Shown here: positions 1-8,986 of the stretch, piece after piece
How the letters are laid out: each line of letters opens with the position of its first letter
How positions within the stretch are numbered: the first letter of the stretch is position 1
Source: a virus
Lineage: Duplodnaviria; Caudoviricetes
IMG/VR virus record: IMGVR_UViG_3300032069_000399
Coordinates: 1 to 61,644 of that record
Reading direction: 5' to 3' (one strand)
DNA: 61,644 nt
Translations under genes and position numbers: made by a program
Notes under the pieces: model-generated
What the model saw: the letters and a program-made list of their open reading frames with translations, nothing else
What the model was told of the DNA's origin: nothing
Databases searched by the model: none

Positions 1-81
1 TTTCGCATGCCCTAGATACCATCAGAAACATCCGCGAATATATGTCAACTCTGAGGCATGAGATTGTTGGTGATCTTTTTT

Positions 82-142
82 AAGTTGTTGATTTTACTGG
101 AGCCAGCGCCCGGACTTGAACCGGGGACCTACTGATTACGAA
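82..142. repeat. Left att site (displaced tRNA-Thr 3' fragment plus 16 bp downstream)
   Basis: aagttgttgattttactggagccagcgcccggacttgaaccggggacctactgattacgaa is identical to 61471-61531; identity ends at the anticodon loop. Confidence 0.96.
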
Positions 143-226
143 GCGCCTCCCCGCCCCTTTACCAACAACAACTTACAGCAGAATCTATAGTTTAGAGAAA
201 GGCAATTCCGTACTTTTTGGCCTAAA

Positions 227-248
227 AAGGCAACTATAGGGCAACCTG
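227..248 (+). promoter_or_regulatory. Putative integrase arm-type site (tandem GGCAAC)
   Basis: aaggcaactatagggcaacctg matches 61410-61431 at 21/22 positions; both copies lie inside the prophage next to the att cores. Confidence 0.6.
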
Positions 249-352
249 GGCATCAGGAACGATGCGAGGAAGCGGCAGTGCCCTCCACGCATTTCCCCGG
301 CACCGATCCCCACGCTGCGGCGCCGAGCACAGTTATCTTCACCATACCAATG

Positions 353-1966
353 TTAGAACCGTTCCAATTTCTCTAGAAATCTCTTCGGCTCGAGATCAAG
401 AACAAATATGGGGTAGACTCGAGTTTCTCCTGATGGCTGGCATACCTTCTCTTCAGCCACCTGCCGGAAACCGAAGTATTGGCACAATCTGATCCCAATG
501 TCTGTCACCGGTGAAGCCGAGACGCTTCTTGCCTTCTGTTGGAGTATCCCCCCCACTTCCCTGATCAGATTTCTTCCCACCCGCGATGACGACTTTGTGG
601 GTACGCTCGCAATGACCTCTACATGGTAGAACGGCGTAGCTCCACTTTTGAGAACATCTTCTTTTGAAAACGCAGTAAGTGCACTGCACTTCCCAGCACA
701 TATTTCATCAAAAAGCCGCTCCGTAATCGGCACAACACAGGCATAGGCCATAACCCAGTTCTTTGCATCTCGCACAACATAAAACATATTTGGATTATGT
801 TCATACCAATCGCGGATGCTTGCCACAGACAATATATGACCATACCCAGGAAAGTCGCTCCATTCGATCTGAAGAATGCTCGATAGTTCTTCCTTCCTAG
901 CCACATCGAATGAAAGTTGGCCGTGAATCTCCGCATCTAATCTCTGATATTCGAGGAAAAGGTAATCGAGGCCGTGGTCCTTTTCAATTTCGCAACTTAG
1001 GGGACATCCACCACCACATTGGTTCAGGTTCTCACAAGTCTGGCACCGACCTGGTAGGTACTTTCTAGCCCGGAACGATGCAAGGACAGGTGACGAATTC
1101 CATATCTCCAGAAGTGGGGTCTCCAGAATGTTTCCAAGTCGGCAACGCGGATCGGCTCCGCATCTAGACAAATCACCCTTGTCATTAACAGCAGCTTTAG
1201 TGAATCCCCATGCGCATGGTGTCATGTATTTACGTAACCGGGCCGGAAGAATACACAATGGGAATGGATCTTCAACCGAGATTCGTATGCCGAGTTCGTG
1301 GTCAATTCGTTCAATCTCTATCAATGCGCGCTCTGCATGTTCCCGTCCGATAGTGAACGCCGAGGTCGTCTGGGCATCACCGAAAGGAATGATACGCTGC
1401 ACAATAATATAATCTAAGGGGATACCATGCGTTTCTTTAACCGATTGCGCAATACGAAATATACTACCTGCTGAACCAGGCGTGACATTAACAGCTATTC
1501 CAGTCCGACGCCCGGCCGCAGCTACTTTACGGAGCTGCGAAATCACGAAATCAAAAGCGCCACTCTTGTTGCAGAATGCATCATGTTCTTTCGCTGTCGG
1601 CGCGTGGATCGTGGTTTCGAAAGACGATATGTATCGAATAGCCTCGTCGAAGCTAGCTCCCGGATAACGATGTGTATTTGAGAGTACAGATACAGCCAAT
1701 CCCCTATCGCAGCAGTAATGAGCAAGATCAACCGCTTGAGGGTATATTCCAGGATCTCCTCCTAAAAAGGTAACCTCTCGTACGCCAGCAAAGGCTAACG
1801 CGTCAACGATGCGTTTAAGACGATCAAGAGGTGGGTGTTGCGGGCTTACTTCCCTGACCCTGGCCATGTAGCAGAATGGACATCTGTGCGCGCACGCCGC
1901 CGTAATGTGCAGCGCAACAAGATCCACTTTGTGTTGTTGCTTTCGTTTAACTTGAGCATGACTCAT
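353..1966 (-). CDS. Radical SAM/SPASM protein with C-terminal GNAT-like domain
   Basis: CAHRCPFC (CxxxCxxC), GGDP, SPASM CQTCENLNQCGGGCP; C-terminal region has GNAT-like GRNLI and LCQYFGF segments. Confidence 0.85.
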   Translation of the reverse strand: MSHAQVKRKQQHKVDLVALHITAACAHRCPFCYMARVREVSPQHPPLDRLKRIVDALAFAGVREVTFLGGDPGIYPQAVDLAHYCCDRGLAVSVLSNTHRYPGASFDEAIRYISSFETTIHAPTAKEHDAFCNKSGAFDFVISQLRKVAAAGRRTGIAVNVTPGSAGSIFRIAQSVKETHGIPLDYIIVQRIIPFGDAQTTSAFTIGREHAERALIEIERIDHELGIRISVEDPFPLCILPARLRKYMTPCAWGFTKAAVNDKGDLSRCGADPRCRLGNILETPLLEIWNSSPVLASFRARKYLPGRCQTCENLNQCGGGCPLSCEIEKDHGLDYLFLEYQRLDAEIHGQLSFDVARKEELSSILQIEWSDFPGYGHILSVASIRDWYEHNPNMFYVVRDAKNWVMAYACVVPITERLFDEICAGKCSALTAFSKEDVLKSGATPFYHVEVIASVPTKSSSRVGRNLIREVGGILQQKARSVSASPVTDIGIRLCQYFGFRQVAEEKVCQPSGETRVYPIFVLDLEPKRFLEKLERF

Positions 1967-2520
1967 CAGCTAAGACTCGCAAGAAGCTTCTTCGCTGCTC
2001 GTTTGCATTTATCGAGCACATCAGGTGACTTCTCAATAAGGTCGTTGGGTTCGAGGCAGCCATAAGCTAGGACCTTCGACACGACCTTTATACCTGCATT
2101 TGCACAAAAGGCGACAACGGAGTTGCAAGCTGTCTTAACGCTGTCATCTTGCTCCGGGGAAGTTTGGCCGACTGCAAATACTATTGCCTTTTTCTTTTTG
2201 AGCCGTTCCTGGGCGGCAAGAGGATTAAGTCTATCAATCAATACCTTGAGTTCCCCGGACAAAAGACTCCAGCGAGCAGGTGTTCCGATTATCAATCCAT
2301 CAGCAGCAATAATGCTCGTGATAATATCCGTCATCGAATCATTAATGTGGCACTTTCCATTGCTATCACAGGTTAAGCAACCGTCGCAAAACTTAATGGT
2401 CATGTCCCTAATATGGATAAGTTCTAAGTCACAGTCTGTTCCGATGCCATGGCAGGCACTTTCGACCATGGCATAAGTGTTCCCTCTCCTCGAACTTCCA
2501 ACAATGGCCACTACTCGCAT
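1966..2520 (-). CDS. Flavodoxin-family / iron-sulfur flavoprotein (NADPH-dependent FMN reductase-like)
   Basis: IVGSSRRGNT FMN-binding loop, CDGCLTC...C cluster motif, GTP motif; likely start MRVVAIVG (ORF extends to 2556). Confidence 0.85.
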   Translation of the reverse strand: MRVVAIVGSSRRGNTYAMVESACHGIGTDCDLELIHIRDMTIKFCDGCLTCDSNGKCHINDSMTDIITSIIAADGLIIGTPARWSLLSGELKVLIDRLNPLAAQERLKKKKAIVFAVGQTSPEQDDSVKTACNSVVAFCANAGIKVVSKVLAYGCLEPNDLIEKSPDVLDKCKRAAKKLLASLS

Positions 2521-2563
2521 CTTCACCCTCCACTTTTGAAATGGATTACTCGGCAATCAAAGG

Positions 2564-3379
2564 CTACTGGACGGCAGTTGCGCTCTTGCGTAAACGAGCA
2601 AGGATGCGTCCAACTAAATCACGGGCATAACCCGCTTCCAGGCAAATAAAGAACTCGGATCCTCCCAACGTTGGTAAATTCATGAAAGCTGTCATCGCAT
2701 TCGCATTTCTGCCAACAGGAGCGTAGATGACGATATCCTGTGCGCATACTAAGTCAAATAGCTGATCCGAAACAAAAAGAAAGGAGATCTGATTTGAGTT
2801 GTTGTGTACGCTCTTGATCTGTTCGGCGCGTGCATGCGCAGAATCACCATCGGGCAATACGTGTAGATACTTAATTCCACGCTTCAAGTTTTCCCTGACA
2901 ATAGGCAAAAAGGTGTCTTGACTGGTTTCTTCCTGCAACAATTGAGATATAATCCAGATCTCTTCTGCATCAACGGCTCGCTCGATATCCATTAATTCGG
3001 CACGTGACACAAGCCAGTCCTGTTTTAGAAGGCCCTTGAGGGCTTGAAGCGCATGAGCCACACCTGACAAGCTATTTTTAGTTTCCAGCTGGAGGGCAGA
3101 GACCTGTGTAGAAACTTTAGATTGAAGTTCCTGGCTTATCAGAATTGATTCAGCATGACTCTTTTCAAGATGGTCTTCTATGACTGGGATAAGGAGCTTA
3201 AAAGCACAGAAAACGAGACCCGCAAAAATAATGATGACCAAGATCAAGCCGATGGCGAGTGTCCCAGAACCGAATTGTGCCTTCGCTGAATCAAGGATTA
3301 GACCTGCAATCAGTCCAAGAGCCACGATAACCAGGGCAAGAACACCTTGATCACGCCAGATTGCGGAGCGAGTGCTCAC
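2564..3379 (-). CDS. Membrane protein, 2 N-terminal TM helices, coiled coil and an uncharacterised C-terminal domain
   Basis: Two hydrophobic segments; AGGAGG RBS before GTG; C-terminal EIWIIS...NLKRGIKY alpha/beta domain. Confidence 0.7.
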   Translation of the reverse strand: MSTRSAIWRDQGVLALVIVALGLIAGLILDSAKAQFGSGTLAIGLILVIIIFAGLVFCAFKLLIPVIEDHLEKSHAESILISQELQSKVSTQVSALQLETKNSLSGVAHALQALKGLLKQDWLVSRAELMDIERAVDAEEIWIISQLLQEETSQDTFLPIVRENLKRGIKYLHVLPDGDSAHARAEQIKSVHNNSNQISFLFVSDQLFDLVCAQDIVIYAPVGRNANAMTAFMNLPTLGGSEFFICLEAGYARDLVGRILARLRKSATAVQ

Positions 3380-3867
3380 GTGCGCCTCCTATGTGACCTA
3401 ATAAATGACGACGCTATACCCACCTTTCTCAAGAAGCAGACTGGCAGGATCAGGTAGATCGTCGCGCTTTACCCGAAGGGGAAGCGCGGGCTTCTCTTTG
3501 AGCCAAAAACCGAATCAACGATCCTGAACGACGGCCCAATGTACAGAAAACACGGCGCTTATGTCTATAGAAAAGTGACAGATTCCAACCGACCTCAAAG
3601 GCAACCCTCGTGTACTGATAAGGATTCCATAATCAACCGGCTTGGCGAATCCTTGTTAGAGATTTCGACCGGAAGGTGCGCAATCTGCGCAGAGTTGAGT
3701 TCAACCCCCCGACCTATTGTAAGCCTGCTTCCGCAAGCGAACGGATCAAGAGATCATGCGATGCCGACCTGAAGATGGACGCTTTTTCGCTGCGATCGCA
3801 ATGAACGTTTGCTGTCGGGATACTCACCATTGGGATTTCTGGGAAAGAAAAACGGGCCGAGCGCGGA

Positions 3868-3956
3868 CGCATTTTCCACGCATCCGAGGGGCAATTTTCC
3901 ACGCATGTCCCCGCATTCCCCCGCCTTGCATCGCCGCATGCAAGGGGCTCTACCAT
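3868..3956 (+). promoter_or_regulatory. Putative activator-dependent promoter of the replication operon (phased CGCAT repeats, TTGCAT-19bp-TACCAT)
   Basis: Aligns without gaps to 56273-56337. Confidence 0.6.
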
Positions 3957-4035
3957 GCTCCCGAAGCACACCCCGGAGAAAAGGCTATGAGGTGCGAGGC
4001 AGGGATCGTCATCGAAATTGCGGGAGTCCGGCGCC

Positions 4036-5382
4036 ATGGTTTCTGCTGACGTCACCCTTGAAAGGGCTCTTCCGAACAGCGTGGATTCCGAGCGCGCCGT
4101 TCTCGGGGCGATCCTCCTGAACGAGAAGGCGATCTTCGCTGCAACTGAGGTTCTCACCGCCGATGACTTCTATCTCGAGGCGCACCGCGTGATCTTCCGG
4201 GCGATGCTCTCCCTTGCGGAAGAGAAAGTCTCCATAGACCTGATCACCCTCCGGGAAGAACTGCGGCGAAGGGATAAAGAGGAATCGGCCGGCGGAGCTG
4301 CCTACGTCGCCGCCCTTACGGACGGGCTGCCGCGCGGGCTCAACATTGGCCACTACGCAAGGACCGTCCGGGAGAAGGCCACCTCGCGCCAGCTGATCCA
4401 GCTCTCTCATGAAACGATGTTGCGGTGCTACGAGGGCGAGGAACGTCCGGCGGAGATCCTCGAACGCGCGGAGTCGCAGATTTTCAGAATCGCATCCCGC
4501 GAAATCCGGGGCGGCTTCGAGCCCACGAGCGAACTGGCCCATTCGGCCTACAAAGAAATTGAGGAAACCGCCCGGAATCGCGGGCCCGTCTCAGGGATCG
4601 ACACGGGTTTCGCCGACCTCAATCGGATGACTGGAGGCCTCCACAATCAGAACCTCGTCGTGGTCGCCGCCAGGCCGGGTCTCGGGAAAACGTCCTTCTG
4701 CCTCAATATCGCCTGTCATGCGGCAATCAACGGCCGGCGACCGGTCGGGATCTTCAGTCTGGAAATGTCGAAGCCCGAGATCATGAAACGGATGATCTCG
4801 TCCCTGTCCGAAGTGGAGGCAAACAGGATCCAGAGCGGATATCTCAGCCGGGATGACTGGACAAAGATCAGCCAGGCGACCGCGAGCCTCTCATCCGCCC
4901 CAATCTACATCGACGACTCTGCGAACCTGACCATGCTCCAGGTGCGAGCGAAGGCGCAGCGGCTTGCGCTGGAGCACGGCATCGATCTTCTGGTTGTCGA
5001 CTATCTGCAGCTCGTCTCCGGATCGCGCCGCTACGAGAACCGGACGCAGGAAGTGACGGAGATCAGCCGCGGGCTGAAGAACCTTGCCAAGGAGCTCGAC
5101 ATTCCCGTCATCGCCGTCTCGCAGCTCAACCGCGAGGTTGAGAAGCGCTCCGGCAACAGGAAGCCGCAGCTGTCCGACCTCAGGGAGAGTGGCGCGATCG
5201 AACAGGACAGTGATCTGGTCCTCTTCATCTCGCGCGAGGGCAATGACGAAGATACTGGCGCGGGAGACTGCCCGGCGGAGATCTCAATCGGGAAACAGCG
5301 CAATGGAATGACCGGCACGTTCAAGCTGATGTTCCGGAAACGAATCACCAGGTTCGAGAACTGCCTGAATCAAAGAGACTGA
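4036..5382 (+). CDS. dnaB: Replicative DNA helicase DnaB (phage copy)
   Basis: AARPGLGKT Walker A, FSLEM, VVDYLQL, SQLNR, DLRESGAIEQD, KQRNG. Confidence 0.95.
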   Translation: MVSADVTLERALPNSVDSERAVLGAILLNEKAIFAATEVLTADDFYLEAHRVIFRAMLSLAEEKVSIDLITLREELRRRDKEESAGGAAYVAALTDGLPRGLNIGHYARTVREKATSRQLIQLSHETMLRCYEGEERPAEILERAESQIFRIASREIRGGFEPTSELAHSAYKEIEETARNRGPVSGIDTGFADLNRMTGGLHNQNLVVVAARPGLGKTSFCLNIACHAAINGRRPVGIFSLEMSKPEIMKRMISSLSEVEANRIQSGYLSRDDWTKISQATASLSSAPIYIDDSANLTMLQVRAKAQRLALEHGIDLLVVDYLQLVSGSRRYENRTQEVTEISRGLKNLAKELDIPVIAVSQLNREVEKRSGNRKPQLSDLRESGAIEQDSDLVLFISREGNDEDTGAGDCPAEISIGKQRNGMTGTFKLMFRKRITRFENCLNQRD

Positions 5383-5393
5383 CGGAGGAACGG

Positions 5394-6209
5394 ATGCCGA
5401 GAATCAGGCAGATCAAACCGGAGTTCTACCTGGACGACGAACTGGCCCAGTGCTCCCGGGACGCGCGCCTCCTGTTTCCTGGCCTGTGGATTCTGGCCGA
5501 TCGCGCCGGCAGGCTTGAAAACAGGCCTGCGAAAATAAAGGCTCAGATCTTCCCTTACGATTCCGATATCGATGCCGCGAAGATAACGGAACTGCTCGGC
5601 CAGCTGGAGACGCGCCGGTTCATTCTTGTTTACGAGGTCGAGGGCAGATCTTACATTCAGATTCGCACTTTCGAAAAACACCAGCACTGCCACCGCAATG
5701 AGGTCCCCTCTCACCTTCCAGGACCGGATCAAAACGAGCACTCGGGCGGTCACGCTGTGGCTGCAGCGGCAACACCCGAGGAGTTCCGTCCAAATCCCGA
5801 GCACTCGGTCCAAAATCCGAGCACTCGGGGTACTTATACTTCTACTTATACTTCTACTTCTGGAGAAATACTTTCTGATGACGGCGCGGCGGCTGCGCCG
5901 CCCTTCCCTTTGGATCCCAGGAGCCTGTTTCTGATTTTCTGGGAATGCTACCCCCTCAAGGTCAAGAAGCCGAAAGCCGAGGCCGCCTTCCTGAAGCTCA
6001 AGCCGGACCGGACCCTACTGGACCGCATGCTCGAAGCCATAGACCGCCAAAAGCAGACCGCCGCCTGGCACAGGAACAACGGACAGTTCATTCCGCATCC
6101 CGCGACCTGGCTCAACAACAGGCAATGGGAGGACGAGGTGGCGCCGGCCCAGGGCGAAGGCTCCGTGTGGGATGAGTTCATCGGAAAGCCCGAGAAGGAG
6201 GAATCGTGA
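5394..6209 (+). CDS. Phage replication initiator protein
   Basis: MPRIRQIKPEF N-terminal winged-HTH type, C-terminal FWECYP...HPATWLN..WEDE; internal iterons. Confidence 0.8.
   Translation: MPRIRQIKPEFYLDDELAQCSRDARLLFPGLWILADRAGRLENRPAKIKAQIFPYDSDIDAAKITELLGQLETRRFILVYEVEGRSYIQIRTFEKHQHCHRNEVPSHLPGPDQNEHSGGHAVAAAATPEEFRPNPEHSVQNPSTRGTYTSTYTSTSGEILSDDGAAAAPPFPLDPRSLFLIFWECYPLKVKKPKAEAAFLKLKPDRTLLDRMLEAIDRQKQTAAWHRNNGQFIPHPATWLNNRQWEDEVAPAQGEGSVWDEFIGKPEKEES
5735..5860 (+). repeat. Putative phage origin inside the initiator gene
   Basis: cgagcactcgg at 5735, 5798 and 5818, followed by AT-rich tacttatacttc x2 (5831-5854). Confidence 0.6.
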
Positions 6210-6517
6210 ACGCAAAGCAGCTAGCGAAATGGCTGATGGACCTGGCTGCCTGCTACGACTATGTGCCCCAGAAGGCGGCGATATCGAGATACCTGCGGAT
6301 CCTCGTCCAGTGGAAGCTCGCGCCGGAACAATGGGAAGCACTTGCGGATCGGGCAGTGATGCGCCTCACGAGAAGATTCCCGATGCCCGGAGAGCTCCAC
6401 GAGATTGCATCCGAACTCCGGCAGGAAGCCGAGCTGCGCGCAAACTCCGCACACCTCGACAGGATGCGCGCGGAATGGGAGGAACGGGAAGATGCATGTC
6501 AGGAGGAGCGCGCATGA
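6206..6517 (+). CDS. Hypothetical protein (possible helicase loader/inhibitor)
   Basis: GTGA overlap with the initiator gene; position in the replication module. Confidence 0.55.
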   Translation: MNAKQLAKWLMDLAACYDYVPQKAAISRYLRILVQWKLAPEQWEALADRAVMRLTRRFPMPGELHEIASELRQEAELRANSAHLDRMRAEWEEREDACQEERA

Positions 6518-6948
6518 CTGGTCAGATGGAAGGGTACATCTATTTGAGCAGACGCGAAGAACAGAAGGCCCGTGAGTTCTTCGGTCGGCATGAACGCCAG
6601 ATTCCGGACATGGATGAAGGCGATTCCCTCGGCGGCAAGCCGGTCATCTGCGGCCTTGACGAGCACGCGATTACTGGCCGGCTCATCATTCCGCGCCATA
6701 CGAAGTCCCGTCAGTTAAGGGACATCATCATCGAAACAGCCGGGTTGACAGATCGGGAATGGCAGATCTGGGACCTGCACTGCAGGGGCAACTCCCAGTG
6801 GCGGATTGCGACGAGACTCGGCATCCATCAATCGAGTGTGAGCAGGTCGCTGAATAGCATTGAGGCCAAGATCACGGCTGCACGCGAGCGCACTCGAAAG
6901 GCTATGCGCGAACCTGTCGATCGAAGTGCTGCTACAGCAAAGGCTTGA
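6514..6948 (+). CDS. Sigma-70 region-4-like HTH protein, probable late-gene regulator
   Basis: LTDREWQIW...SQWRIATRLGIHQSSVSRSL; AGGAGG RBS; precedes the packaging module. Confidence 0.7.
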   Translation: MTGQMEGYIYLSRREEQKAREFFGRHERQIPDMDEGDSLGGKPVICGLDEHAITGRLIIPRHTKSRQLRDIIIETAGLTDREWQIWDLHCRGNSQWRIATRLGIHQSSVSRSLNSIEAKITAARERTRKAMREPVDRSAATAKA

Positions 6949-7090
6949 ATGCCCTTCGCGCAAATTTCTGACTATATATAGGGGGAATTGATTTTCGGGA
7001 CCCACCAATCCTGCAAGTCCCCCACGCAGTTCATTCCCACGAGAGCGGGCTGGAGCTCCGAAATCAACCAGCTTTCAGATAGGCGGAGCT

Positions 7091-7522
7091 TTGTCCGAAC
7101 AATTCGAAGGCAAGATCCTCAATCCGTATGGCATCGAGATTGACGTGCCGTTCTGGGTCTTCAAACGGCTCAAGAAATTGCACCTCCTCGAACGCGACCG
7201 CGAAACCGGCATGAGGCGCATCCACGAGCGTATCTTCGGACTCATGGACCTTTGGAGCGGACCCGACTTCAGAATCGATCGCGGCTTGAGGGCCTTCGAT
7301 CCAGGCTACCAGCGTGCCTGTCCGAAGGACGGAGGATATGCGAGCGCCTTTTTGAAAGCGTTGGGGCGCGACTGTTCCGGTCTCGTGAACCCAGCGGTCG
7401 AACGCACCCGCGATTTCGAATCGGATCTCGGGCATTCGCGCCTTTCCGAAGAATACCGTCGCTCCGCTGTGGAAGAAGCGCTGCGAGCAGTTCGAGCGAA
7501 GAGAAAGGCGAGACAAGCGTGA
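7091..7522 (+). CDS. Hypothetical protein
   Basis: GGAG RBS before TTG; GTGA overlap with the next ORF. Confidence 0.5.
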   Translation: MSEQFEGKILNPYGIEIDVPFWVFKRLKKLHLLERDRETGMRRIHERIFGLMDLWSGPDFRIDRGLRAFDPGYQRACPKDGGYASAFLKALGRDCSGLVNPAVERTRDFESDLGHSRLSEEYRRSAVEEALRAVRAKRKARQA

Positions 7523-7671
7523 CTATCGACTGGGGCGTGGTCTATATGCAGGAGCGGAAACGCCCGGCGTACGTAATCAACAACGGTAGATCGATCGCGA
7601 AGGTCCACGGCTCAGACTCGCAGCGGCGCGATGCGACGCCTCCCCGGCGCGAGAAGAAAAAGGCTGCGTGA
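7519..7671 (+). CDS. Small hypothetical protein
   Basis: GTGA overlaps on both sides. Confidence 0.45.
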   Translation: MTIDWGVVYMQERKRPAYVINNGRSIAKVHGSDSQRRDATPPRREKKKAA

Positions 7672-8033
7672 GCCCTGTCGCTCCAAAGCATCCTTGCAGT
7701 TATCCAGGCTGCCCGGTTCTTGTTGATCCGTCTTCAAGCAGGTGTGACCGGCACCAGGCTCGCGAACGCAAGGAACAGGAGAGTCGCCGCGGATCCGCAA
7801 ACTCCAGGGGCTATGGTTCCAAATGGCGCGCGGCAAGGAAACGCTTTCTTGAATTGAATCCTCTGTGCTGCGAGTGCAATCGCTTGGGACGGCTGGCTGC
7901 GGCGACTGTCGTTGACCACATCGTCCCGCACAAGGGCGATGCCAACCTTTTCTGGAGCCAGTCGAATTGGCAGGCGCTCTGCAGACGCTGCCACAACCGC
8001 AAGACCGCCGTGAGCGACGGCAGGTGGGGATAG
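7668..8033 (+). CDS. HNH endonuclease (HK97 gp74-like, packaging associated)
   Basis: CCECNR...VDHIVPHKG...NWQALCRRCHNRKT. Confidence 0.92.
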   Translation: MSPVAPKHPCSYPGCPVLVDPSSSRCDRHQARERKEQESRRGSANSRGYGSKWRAARKRFLELNPLCCECNRLGRLAAATVVDHIVPHKGDANLFWSQSNWQALCRRCHNRKTAVSDGRWG

Positions 8034-8324
8034 ATGCGAGTGCTATGCGCCGTTCTCGAAAAACTCCTGCGCTGCCAACGCAGGATTCTCAGCAACCAAA
8101 TTTTAATTCTGGAAAGGATAGAAGACATGTCACAGGTGCTTGACCAGGTGAAGGATTTCGCGGCGAAGATCGATGAGGCAACCAATGCCATCGCCGCCAG
8201 GATTCAGATGCTCATCGACAAGATCAATGCCGGAACGGCCACTCCCGAGGAGATCGCGGCCGTCCTGCAGCCCGAGGTGGACCGGCTGACCGAACTGGGG
8301 AAGGATCCATCCAATCCTGTGTAG
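8034..8324 (+). CDS. Small coiled-coil phage protein
   Basis: Abuts the HNH gene; heptad-like pattern. Confidence 0.55.
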   Translation: MRVLCAVLEKLLRCQRRILSNQILILERIEDMSQVLDQVKDFAAKIDEATNAIAARIQMLIDKINAGTATPEEIAAVLQPEVDRLTELGKDPSNPV

Positions 8325-8425
8325 CCACCGGGGTATGGGGGCCCAAATCTCTGGGCCCTCATGCCGTAGACCGGGCGCGCAGGGATTTTTTTATGCCGTC
8401 AAAATTGATCGGGGGGGGTAGCCGC

Positions 8426-8986
8426 ATGACGCAAAGACCCAGGAAAAAGAACTCGCCAGGGGTTGACGTGGGTCAAACGAGAGACGTTCCTGCGAGCCTC
8501 CAGATCGAATACAGGGCCCTGGAATCACTGATTACATACGAAAGGAATCCCCGGACCCATTCAGAGGAGCAAATCGCCCAGATCGCGGCCAGTATCAAAG
8601 AGTTCGGGTTTACCAATCCGGTCCTTCTGGACGGCGAAAACGGCATCATCGCTGGGCACGGCCGGCTTGCTGCGGCGCGTCTACTCGGACTGAAGACAAT
8701 TCCCTGCATCGAACTCGGCCACCTGACGCCGGAACAGAAGCGCAGCTACCTCATCGCCGACAACAAAATCGCCCAGAATGGGCTCTGGAACGAGGAGTTT
8801 TTGCGTCTGGAACTGACGGAATTGAAGGATTTGGGCGCGAATCTGGAGCTTTTGGGCTTCAATCCGATGGAAATCGCCGACATCACGCTCGGGAAGGACG
8901 TCAAGTTCAAGGAGTACGACGAATCCGCCGCCGATGATGTCGAGATGCTGACCTGCCCATCGTGCGGACACACCTTTCCAAAATAG
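8426..8986 (+). CDS. ParB/Srx N-terminal domain protein with C-terminal CPxCG
   Basis: NPRTHS..QI..IAASIKEFGF, IIAGHGRL, ADNK; typical partner of phage methylases. Confidence 0.88.
   Translation: MTQRPRKKNSPGVDVGQTRDVPASLQIEYRALESLITYERNPRTHSEEQIAQIAASIKEFGFTNPVLLDGENGIIAGHGRLAAARLLGLKTIPCIELGHLTPEQKRSYLIADNKIAQNGLWNEEFLRLELTELKDLGANLELLGFNPMEIADITLGKDVKFKEYDESAADDVEMLTCPSCGHTFPK

Noticed and set aside
3398-3520. RiPP precursor peptide for the radical SAM enzyme
   Set aside because: The open minus-strand stretch (…VKRDDLPDPASLLLEKGGYSVVIY) is preceded by a stop and lacks a convincing start or RBS
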